The notes beneath the pieces were generated by a model. That model was not told where the DNA came from, ran no database searches, and saw only the letters and a list, made by a program, of their open reading frames with translations. DNA of 27,147 nt from Candidatus Margulisiibacteriota bacterium (GTDB taxonomy: Bacteria > Margulisbacteria > WOR-1 > O2-12-FULL-45-9), in NCBI GenBank assembly GCA_043816785.1, contig JBDRHP010000104.1, positions 1 to 27,147 on the forward strand, in the 5' to 3' direction. How positions within the stretch are numbered: position 1 is the first letter of the stretch; each line of letters opens with the position of its first letter. Position numbers and translations under genes: made by a program. Of the stretch, positions 14,960 through 22,689 are shown in pieces.

Positions 14960-15678
14960 AGCTCAAAATTCTCCCCTAGGTAGAACTTCTTGGCTTCTTC
15001 AGAATTAGCGATCTCATGTGACTGGCCGGAAACCATGATCTGGCCTTTGTGGATAATATAAGCCCGGTCAGTGATCTCCAGGGTTTCCCGAACATTATGG
15101 TCAGTAATCAACACGCCGATGCCTTTTGATTTTAAATGTCTGATAATATCTTGCAGGTCGGCTACGGTTTTGGGGTCGATCCCGGTAAACGGCTCATCCA
15201 GCAGGATAAAAGACGGGGCAGTGGCCAGGGCCCGGGCGATCTCAACGCGTCTTTGTTCGCCGCCGGAAAGGGTATAGGCCTTTTGCTTACGCAGGTGCGT
15301 TACGCCGAGCTCATCAAGGACTTCAACCAGTTTCTTTTCATAATCCGCTTTGCGGATCTCCGGCATTAGCTCCCAAAGGATCAAAATATTTTCCTCAACA
15401 GTCAATTTTCTAAAGATCGAAGGTTCCTGCGGCAGGTAGCCGATCCCCAGATGAGCCCGCCGGTGCATGGGCAAACGGGTGATCTCATGCTCGTCCTGGA
15501 AGACCTTGCCGGAATTGGGCCTGATCAAGCCGACAACCATATAAAAGGTAGTGGTTTTGCCGGCGCCATTTGCCCCTAGCAAACCAACGATCTCTCCCTG
15601 GTTAACTTCCACGGAAATCCCGTTGACCGCGACTTTGTCCCCGTATTTTTTAACTAAATTCTCTGTTTTGATGAACAT
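14956..15678 (-). CDS. lptB: LPS export ABC transporter ATP-binding protein
   Basis: GANGAGKTT, GYLPQEPSIF, LSGGEQRRVEIAR, LLDEPF, ITDHNVRETL and YLGENF motifs. Confidence 0.96.
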   Translation of the reverse strand: MFIKTENLVKKYGDKVAVNGISVEVNQGEIVGLLGANGAGKTTTFYMVVGLIRPNSGKVFQDEHEITRLPMHRRAHLGIGYLPQEPSIFRKLTVEENILILWELMPEIRKADYEKKLVEVLDELGVTHLRKQKAYTLSGGEQRRVEIARALATAPSFILLDEPFTGIDPKTVADLQDIIRHLKSKGIGVLITDHNVRETLEITDRAYIIHKGQIMVSGQSHEIANSEEAKKFYLGENFEL

Positions 15679-15679
15679 G

Positions 15680-16693
15680 TTATTTGTTTGTTTTGGCGAT
15701 CAGTTCTTCAAGCTTTCTATTAGCCGCGCCGGAATCAATGGCTTCCGCAGCCAGTTTATAACCCTCTTTTAGGTCTTTGGCTTTGCCGCTGATAAAGATT
15801 GCCGCGGCCGCGTTGATCAGGACGATGTTTCGTTTAGCCCCTTTGTCTTCGCCGCGCAAGATCGCCAGGGCGATCTCCGCGTTATCATTAACCGTGCCGC
15901 CGAGGATCTCGTCTTTGCCGGCTTTATGGGCGCCAAAATCTTCTGGTCTGATCAAGTAATTTTCGATTTTCTTATTCTTTAAGTGGGAAACTTTTGTTTT
16001 ATCAGAGATGGAAATCTCGTCTAAGCCGTCCATCCCGTGGACCACCAAAGCGCGTTCGACCCCAAGATTACTTAAAACCTCGGCCATGGTCTCGGTCAAA
16101 TCTGGATGAAAGACCCCCAGGACTTGGGCAGTGGCGCGGGCAGGGTTGGTTAGGGGGCCGAGAATGTTAAAAACCGTGCGAATGCCGATCTCTTTGCGGC
16201 TGGGCATGGCAAACTTCATGGCTTTGTGGAATTTGGGGGCAAAAATAAAGCCAATGCCAACAGTATTGATGCATTCTTCGACTTTTTTTGGCTCAATATC
16301 GATCTTAATACCTAAGGCTTCCAGGACATCAGCTGAGCCGCAACGGGAGGAGACCGAGCGATTGCCATGTTTGGCTACCCCGATCCCAGCGCCGGCAGTT
16401 ACCAGGGCGGAAACCGTGGAAATATTAAAAGTGCCGGAGATATCGCCGCCCGTGCCGCAGGTGTCGACCAGATTTTGCCTGGTGGGGAAGATGTTGATGG
16501 CGTGCTCTCTCATTTTTTCAGCACAGCCGGTGATCTCATCCGGGGTCTCACCTTTAATTCTTAAGGCAGTGATAAAAGAAGCGATCTGAGACGGCGTGGC
16601 ATCGCCCCGCATAATTGTATCCATGGTCAGGGCGGCTTCTTCGCGGGTCAAATCTTTACCTTCAACAACTTTTTTGATCGATTCTTTGATCAT
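15680..16693 (-). CDS. trpD: Anthranilate phosphoribosyltransferase
   Basis: DTCGTGGD, TFNIST, KHGNRSVSSRCGSADVLEALG and GLDEIS motifs. Confidence 0.96.
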   Translation of the reverse strand: MIKESIKKVVEGKDLTREEAALTMDTIMRGDATPSQIASFITALRIKGETPDEITGCAEKMREHAINIFPTRQNLVDTCGTGGDISGTFNISTVSALVTAGAGIGVAKHGNRSVSSRCGSADVLEALGIKIDIEPKKVEECINTVGIGFIFAPKFHKAMKFAMPSRKEIGIRTVFNILGPLTNPARATAQVLGVFHPDLTETMAEVLSNLGVERALVVHGMDGLDEISISDKTKVSHLKNKKIENYLIRPEDFGAHKAGKDEILGGTVNDNAEIALAILRGEDKGAKRNIVLINAAAAIFISGKAKDLKEGYKLAAEAIDSGAANRKLEELIAKTNK

Positions 16694-16715
16694 TTAATTG
16701 CCTCGCACTGTGCGC

Positions 16716-16743
16716 TTGTAATCATTAAGCGGCATGTTATAAT
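16716..16743 (+). promoter_or_regulatory. Putative sigma70 promoter for glyQS
   Basis: TTGTAA-N16-TATAAT with extended TG, 6 nt before GTG 16750. Confidence 0.55.
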
Positions 16744-16749
16744 TGTACC

Positions 16750-17610
16750 GTGAAATCACTGTCTTTTCAAGAAATTATCTCCAAACTAAATCAATTTTGG
16801 GCTAACTACGGCTGTGTTATTCGCCAGCCATATGACACTGAAAAAGGCGCGGCCACTATGTCGCCAGCCACTTTTTTCGGTGTCTTAGGGCCAAAACCCT
16901 GGAATGTCGCTTATATTGATCCAGTCAGGCGGCCGACAGACGGCCGTTATGGCGAAAACCCCAATCGTTTATTCCATTATTTTCAGTATCAAGTGGTGCT
17001 TAAGCCTTCACCCCTTGATGTGCAGGATGTTTACTTTGACTCACTTCGTTCGCTCGGCGTTGAACCGGCCAAGCACGATGTTCGTTTTGTGGAAGATAAC
17101 TGGGAATCACCGACCTTGGGGGCCTGGGGAACTGGTTGGGAGATCTGGGCCGAGGGCATGGAGATCACTCAGTTCACTTACTTCCAGGAGTGCGGCGGCT
17201 TGCCCTGTAAGCCGGTGGCAGTTGAAATGACCTATGGTTTAGAGCGCATTGCCATGTTCATTCAAAAAGTTGATAGTGTTTACGATATTGAGTGGACTAA
17301 GGGCGTTAAATATGGCGATGTTTATCTGCAGCAGGAAAAAGAGCAATCAAAATATAACTTTGAGGTGGCTGATGTCGAGACCCTGAGCAATCTTTTCCAG
17401 ACCTATGAAAAGGAAGCTCATCGCGTGTTGGACCAGGAATTAGTTATACCGGCCTATGATTATGTGTTGAAATGCTCTCATGTTTTTAATGTTTTAGACG
17501 CTAGGGGGGCCGTCTCCGTCACTGAGCGGATGGCCTATATCCTTAGAATTCGCAAGTTAGCAAGGAGATGTGCGAAGTTGTATGTAGAGAAATTGGAAAC
17601 CAGCGAATAA
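16750..17610 (+). CDS. glyQ: Glycine--tRNA ligase alpha subunit
   Basis: [39 protein letters not shown] and YGLERIAM motifs. Confidence 0.98.
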   Translation: MKSLSFQEIISKLNQFWANYGCVIRQPYDTEKGAATMSPATFFGVLGPKPWNVAYIDPVRRPTDGRYGENPNRLFHYFQYQVVLKPSPLDVQDVYFDSLRSLGVEPAKHDVRFVEDNWESPTLGAWGTGWEIWAEGMEITQFTYFQECGGLPCKPVAVEMTYGLERIAMFIQKVDSVYDIEWTKGVKYGDVYLQQEKEQSKYNFEVADVETLSNLFQTYEKEAHRVLDQELVIPAYDYVLKCSHVFNVLDARGAVSVTERMAYILRIRKLARRCAKLYVEKLETSE

Positions 17611-17662
17611 ACTTCGCGGTTTCCAATTTCAAAACCGCGACGTTCAGTCGCAGGTTTTGAAA
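17589..17662. repeat. Two inverted bulged REP-like hairpins at the glyQ-glyS junction
   Basis: 17589-17630: 13-bp stem, A bulge, GCGAA-TAAAC-TTCGC. 17627-17662: 10-bp stem, GCGAC-GTTCA-GTCGC, A bulge (same motif on the opposite strand). Confidence 0.85.
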
Positions 17663-17667
17663 CTATT

Positions 17668-19806
17668 ATGAATAAACTTAATGCATTGTTGGAAATAGGC
17701 TGCGAAGAGATCCCGGCGCGATTTATGCCCGGGTTTCTAAAAGACCTCGAGGAGATAGCGCAGGAAAAACTTCGCCAAGAACGGCTTGTCTTTTCAAAAG
17801 TTGAAACACTTGGCACCTACCGCCGCCTGACCCTCTATATCGAAGGGCTGGCCAAAAGACAAACAGACCTGGAGGAAGAAATAAAAGGCCCGCCCGCGGA
17901 TAGGGCTTTTGATCCGTCTGGCAAGCCGACCCAGGCGGCCCTGGGTTTTGCCAGGAGCCAGGGAATTACCCCGGATCAATTGGTTGTTAAGGCCTTTGGC
18001 AAGAATGATTATGTGTTTGCCAGGATCCTGCGCCATGGACAGCCGGCTGAAAAAGTCCTGGCCTCACTTTTTCCGGATATTATCTCTTCGCTTTACCAGC
18101 CGCTGGCCATGCGCTGGGGCAATAATGATTTTAAATTTATCAGGCCGATCCATTGGCTGGTTGCCTTATGCGGCAATAAAATCGTTAAGTTCGAATTAGC
18201 CGGGATTAAGTCGGGTAATAAAACATCGCCACACCGATATTTTAAAAATGTAGGGACAGGGCTTGTCCCTGTCCGATTTGGCGGACAACCACAAGGGTTG
18301 TCCCTACATTCTTATAAAAAAGCTTTGGCTAAACTCGGCGTGGTTGTTGATCAAAACGAGCGCAAAAACTTAATTCGTAAAGTAGTTGAAAATGTTGCGG
18401 CAAAGGCGAAAGCAAAAGCTTTAATTGAAGAAGATCTGTTAGAAGAAGTGACTTATTTAGTTGAAAATCCCATTCCCTATGTTGGCAAGCTTGATAAATC
18501 GTTTCTAAGTATTCCGCAGGATGTTTTGATTACCTCAATGAAAAAGAACCAGAAGTATTTTCCATTATTGGATAGCAAGGGCAAGCTGACGGAGAAGTTT
18601 GTGGTAGTTACCGACGGCTGTAAAAATGCCGGGGTGGTGGCAGGGAACCAAAAGGTCCTTTCCGCGCGGCTGGCTGACGCTAAATTCTTTTTTGAAGAAG
18701 ATAAGAAACTGCCGCTGGATGTCCGGCGGGCGGACCTGGAAAAGGTCGGTTTTTTCAAAAAGCTTGGCACACTTGCTCATAAGGTTGAGCGGATAGCCAA
18801 GCTGTCTGAATTGTTTGGCAAACGTTTGGGCCTGGATGAGGCGGGATTGCAGACCGTGCGTCGCATTGCCCAGCTTTGCAAGGCTGATCTGACCACCAAG
18901 ATGGTGTATGAGTTTCCTGAACTACAGGGAATTATGGGTCGGGAGTATGCCTTGCTTTCCGGCGAGGACGCCCGCGTGGCCCAGGGGATCTTTGAGCATT
19001 ATCTGCCGCGTCATGCTGAGGACCAGCTGCCAAAATCGCTTGAGGGGACAATTGTGGCTTTGGCCGATAGGCTTGACTCGCTGGTCGGCTCTTTTAGCAT
19101 CGGCGCGATCCCGACCGGCTCAGTTGATCCTTATGGCTTGCGGCGGGCGGTCAATGGGATCATCCGGATCATGGTTGCCAAAAGTATTGATCTGCTCTTA
19201 GACGAGATGATCGAGCACAGTTATAAACTTTATGAACCGGTTTTTCTTTCTTTTATGTTTGAAAAGGGAGATACTAGTTATCAGGATTTTCCCAAGATCA
19301 AAAAACAGATCCTGGAATTCATTGCCAACCGGCTAAAGCCGATGTTTTCAGATCAAGGCATCCGCTATGACATTATTGACGCGGTACTTTTTGACTGCAA
19401 TGATATTCTTGACTGCTCGGTTAAAGCTGAAATCCTTAACCAGGTAGTTGATAAGCCCTGGTTTGCCGGCATTGTGCGCTCAGCCGATCGGGTATCTCGA
19501 ATTGCCAAAAATTCTTCCCGTGATGCGGCAGTTGAGGTAGATCTGGTTGAGCCTGAGGAAAAGGAGCTTTTTTCTCTCTATATGAAGGTCAATTGGGAGG
19601 TTGGGGAGGCGATCAACAAGGAAGATTGGCAACAGGCCCTGCAGGCTTTAGCCAGGTTAACTGAGCCGATCGAGCGCTTTTTTGATAAGGTGCTGGTCAT
19701 GCATGAGGATGAGAGGCTAAAGGCCAACCGCCTGGCGCTTTTAAAATCTTTAGAAAAGCTTTATTTGCGGGTGGCTGACTTTAGAAAGGTGGTTTTGCCA
19801 GGATGA
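17668..19806 (+). CDS. glyS: Glycine--tRNA ligase beta subunit
   Basis: LLEIGCEEIPA, MRWG..FIRPIHW, ARLADAKFFF, MVYEFPELQG and GSVDPYGLRR motifs. Confidence 0.97.
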   Translation: MNKLNALLEIGCEEIPARFMPGFLKDLEEIAQEKLRQERLVFSKVETLGTYRRLTLYIEGLAKRQTDLEEEIKGPPADRAFDPSGKPTQAALGFARSQGITPDQLVVKAFGKNDYVFARILRHGQPAEKVLASLFPDIISSLYQPLAMRWGNNDFKFIRPIHWLVALCGNKIVKFELAGIKSGNKTSPHRYFKNVGTGLVPVRFGGQPQGLSLHSYKKALAKLGVVVDQNERKNLIRKVVENVAAKAKAKALIEEDLLEEVTYLVENPIPYVGKLDKSFLSIPQDVLITSMKKNQKYFPLLDSKGKLTEKFVVVTDGCKNAGVVAGNQKVLSARLADAKFFFEEDKKLPLDVRRADLEKVGFFKKLGTLAHKVERIAKLSELFGKRLGLDEAGLQTVRRIAQLCKADLTTKMVYEFPELQGIMGREYALLSGEDARVAQGIFEHYLPRHAEDQLPKSLEGTIVALADRLDSLVGSFSIGAIPTGSVDPYGLRRAVNGIIRIMVAKSIDLLLDEMIEHSYKLYEPVFLSFMFEKGDTSYQDFPKIKKQILEFIANRLKPMFSDQGIRYDIIDAVLFDCNDILDCSVKAEILNQVVDKPWFAGIVRSADRVSRIAKNSSRDAAVEVDLVEPEEKELFSLYMKVNWEVGEAINKEDWQQALQALARLTEPIERFFDKVLVMHEDERLKANRLALLKSLEKLYLRVADFRKVVLPG
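18247..18310. repeat. GTAG-type REP doublet (REPIN-like) inside glyS
   Basis: 12-bp terminal inverted repeat AATGTAGGGACA/TGTCCCTACATT enclosing two 8-bp-stem hairpins with complementary loops (CTTGT, ACAAG). Confidence 0.85.
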
Positions 19807-20588
19807 AAAAAATTATTTCTTTATACTTGTTAATGATTGTTTTTTCCAGCGCTGCTTTTGCCTCTTATATTAGCTTAAACACCTCGCTAACGACCAAGGT
19901 CGATAAAAATGACTTGATGGTTTTGGTCACGGTGATCAATAAAGGGGATGAATCTGCCCACAATGTCCAGGCAGAGCTGCGGGTGGGCGGAGAAAAATAC
20001 CTGGCTGAAAAAAAACTTGAGCTTGGGATAAATCAGACTTATACGGCGGCCACCACCTTTAAATTGAAGATGCAGAAACCTGGCCTCTATCCACTGGTCC
20101 TGGTCATGCATTACACGGACGCTAATCAATATCCTTTTTCAGCCCTGACTTGTAACGTATTTTCCTATCAGGCCGGAGCTTTGCCAGCGGAGATCATTGG
20201 TAAGTTGCAGACAGCTGCTTTTTGGCAGGCAGGCCAGACAAAGCTGACCCTAAAGAATTTGTCAGATTCTGAAATAGCTGCGGAAACCTCTTTGGTGGTT
20301 CCCCGGGAACTGACAGTTACGACCAAGGCCCAAAAGGTCAGGCTGGCTCCCAAATCAAATAAGACGGTGACCTTTGGGCTGGAGAATTTTTCCGCCCTGG
20401 ACGGCAGCACCTATCAGGTTTTTGCCATCACTGAATATGAAAAAGACGGGTTCCACCAGACCAATATTTCGCCGGGAATGGTCAAGATCGTGGAAAGTAA
20501 TTTTTTCAGGGATTACCGGATATTAATTGTTGTCCTGGTCGCCATATTGTTAGTTGTTTTTGTCCTCCTCCAGATCAAAAAGAAGTAA
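19803..20588 (+). CDS. Hypothetical exported protein with C-terminal membrane anchor (probable beta-sandwich domains)
   Basis: Signal peptide ending AFA, V.N.G.E.A.NV pattern, C-terminal hydrophobic helix followed by KKK. Confidence 0.7.
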   Translation: MKKIISLYLLMIVFSSAAFASYISLNTSLTTKVDKNDLMVLVTVINKGDESAHNVQAELRVGGEKYLAEKKLELGINQTYTAATTFKLKMQKPGLYPLVLVMHYTDANQYPFSALTCNVFSYQAGALPAEIIGKLQTAAFWQAGQTKLTLKNLSDSEIAAETSLVVPRELTVTTKAQKVRLAPKSNKTVTFGLENFSALDGSTYQVFAITEYEKDGFHQTNISPGMVKIVESNFFRDYRILIVVLVAILLVVFVLLQIKKK

Positions 20589-20594
20589 TGTGCT

Positions 20595-21554
20595 ATGAAG
20601 CGTTTTAGTGTTTTCCTCGGCATTCTAATAAGCCTGGCCTTATTATTCTTATTGTTTTATAGGATCAATCTCAGCCAGTTTCTGGCTGCTTTTCAAAAAG
20701 CCAATTATTATTACGCCTTCCTCATAATTGTTGTTGTTTTTGCGGGCTGTTATTTGCGCGCTCTGCGCTGGCGCTGGATAATCAGGCCGCTGAAAGATAT
20801 CCCGGCTGCCAGTTTGTTTATTGCTACGGTCATAGGCTATATGGCGAACAGTCTTTTACCCGCGCGGATGGGGGAATTTGTCCGGGCTCATGTCATTGGC
20901 CGGCGGGAAGGAATAAGCCGGGCGGCTTCTTTTGCCACCATAATAGTTGAACGCCTTTTTGACGGGCTTTCTATTCTGGTGATCCTGGTTCTAATCCTTT
21001 TCTGGATTGAAATTCCTATCCGGGGGGCTTTAATTGCGGCTGCCTGGTCAGCTCTGGTGCTTTATCTTCTTATTATTGCGGTCATTATATTATTTATCTA
21101 TAAAAAGGAACTGGTCTTAAAACTTTTTGGCTTTGTTTTTCGCTTTTTACCGGAACGGGCCCAACAACGGTTTTTAAGTGTGGTCGGATCTTTAGCCCAA
21201 GGGTTCAAGATCGCGGAAAAAGGCCATCATCTTCTCATTATCATCTTTTATTCATTTTTAATCTGGATAGTGACGGCGCTAGGAATATATCTGATAGTGC
21301 TGGCTTTTGGTTATCAGATTTCTTATCCAGCCGCGATGTTTATCTTAGTGCTTTTGACCTTTGCCGTTATGCTCCCGTCTTCGCCAGGGTTTGTGGGTAC
21401 TTTTGAGGCGGGGATGGTTTATGGGTTAATGATCTTTAACCTGCCGCGGGAAACAGCCTTGAGCGCGGCGTTAGTTTTTCACGGTCTGTCTTTTATCCCC
21501 ATCATCCTGCTGGGGTTCTATTATTTGTGGAAGTATAAACTGTCTATCCGGTGA
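20595..21554 (+). CDS. Lysylphosphatidylglycerol synthase TM-domain / flippase-like membrane protein (UPF0104)
   Basis: LRALRW, GYMANSLLPARMGEFVR, IIVERLFD and LPSSPGFVGTFE motifs. Confidence 0.88.
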   Translation: MKRFSVFLGILISLALLFLLFYRINLSQFLAAFQKANYYYAFLIIVVVFAGCYLRALRWRWIIRPLKDIPAASLFIATVIGYMANSLLPARMGEFVRAHVIGRREGISRAASFATIIVERLFDGLSILVILVLILFWIEIPIRGALIAAAWSALVLYLLIIAVIILFIYKKELVLKLFGFVFRFLPERAQQRFLSVVGSLAQGFKIAEKGHHLLIIIFYSFLIWIVTALGIYLIVLAFGYQISYPAAMFILVLLTFAVMLPSSPGFVGTFEAGMVYGLMIFNLPRETALSAALVFHGLSFIPIILLGFYYLWKYKLSIR

Positions 21555-21558
21555 CCAC

Positions 21559-22689
21559 TTAATTAAAACCCAGTTGGTTAATAGCTGAAATAACATCTGC
21601 AGGGCTTATTTTCTCCATGCAGTCTATCCTCTTGCAATACTTATGGCTCCCCAGCATGTAACAAGGGGCGCAGGCCATTTCTTTTTTTACAATTACGTGT
21701 TCAGAGTTTTCCAAGCCCCATTTCTTTTCATCAGTTGAGCCAAAAAGCACAAGGCTTTTCGCTCCTAACATACTGGTCAGGATTGCGCTGCCTGAATCGC
21801 AGCCCACAAAGAGGGCGCTCTCGGTGATTATCCGGCCCAACTCTAAAAACGATGTTTTGCCAACCAGGGAAATTATTTGATCTTTTCGATCAGGCAAGCC
21901 GCGAATGATTTTTTCAGTAAATTTGCGTTCACTTTTGCTGCCAATGATTGCAACAGCTTGTTGCGGGTTCCTAACCAAGGCCTTAATGACTTGCTGGTAC
22001 TTTTCTGGTGCCCAGAAACGGTATTTATCCGTGCCTTGGGGAGCGATTAGTATAATGGAACTGTGCCTGGCTTTAAGATCAGTAAGCTCTGTTGGCAGGG
22101 GAGTTGACAGGATTTTATCGTGAAGAATTCCCATTATTAGAGGAGCTTCCTTGGTCTTTATTTCCAGCGGCTCGAGAAGACGCGCAAATTCTACTGCCTC
22201 AAATCCCCTCAAGGTGTAGTCAATTAAATGCGTATAAAGATGATTGCGGAAGGGATTGGTCTTGAACCCAATCCGGACTTTGGCGCTTGTCAGATAGGAG
22301 AATAAGGCAGAAAAATTATGAAATTGTTCGCTGTCAATTACTACGTCATATTTTTCTTGGCGTAGACTTATCAGGGTTGCAAAAGGATTGCTATCATAAC
22401 AAAGCATTTTGTCGATAATATTGGTCAAGTCTTTAACTGCCCGGTTTCTTTTTTCCGCTAGAATATGAATTTGTACTTGAGGGTAGCGCGCTTTGAGCAG
22501 TTTTAAGGTTGGCAAAAGATATAGGAAGTCGCCCATGCCTCCCGGACGAATGATCAAAATTCTTTGGGGTTGCTCAGGCACCCTGGCTTCTTTTGTGGTC
22601 CAATTAAATAAATAATCCAGATATCCCAGAAAAAGACAGAGGATCTTTCCGGCGAATGTGTCAATAAATTTTAAGAATTTAATTTTCAT
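21559..22689 (-). CDS. Glycosyltransferase family 9 (heptosyltransferase-like)
   Basis: RILIIRPGGMGD, LVGKTS, FVGCDSG, LFGST and C-terminal CAPC...C...CM motifs. Confidence 0.9.
   Translation of the reverse strand: MKIKFLKFIDTFAGKILCLFLGYLDYLFNWTTKEARVPEQPQRILIIRPGGMGDFLYLLPTLKLLKARYPQVQIHILAEKRNRAVKDLTNIIDKMLCYDSNPFATLISLRQEKYDVVIDSEQFHNFSALFSYLTSAKVRIGFKTNPFRNHLYTHLIDYTLRGFEAVEFARLLEPLEIKTKEAPLIMGILHDKILSTPLPTELTDLKARHSSIILIAPQGTDKYRFWAPEKYQQVIKALVRNPQQAVAIIGSKSERKFTEKIIRGLPDRKDQIISLVGKTSFLELGRIITESALFVGCDSGSAILTSMLGAKSLVLFGSTDEKKWGLENSEHVIVKKEMACAPCYMLGSHKYCKRIDCMEKISPADVISAINQLGFN

Noticed and set aside
17037..17056. CTCACTTCGTTCGCTC in glyQ as another repeat insertion (13/15 match to 2774-2788)
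   Set aside because: It encodes ordinary GlyQ sequence (DSLRSLG) with no apparent length change; may be chance.
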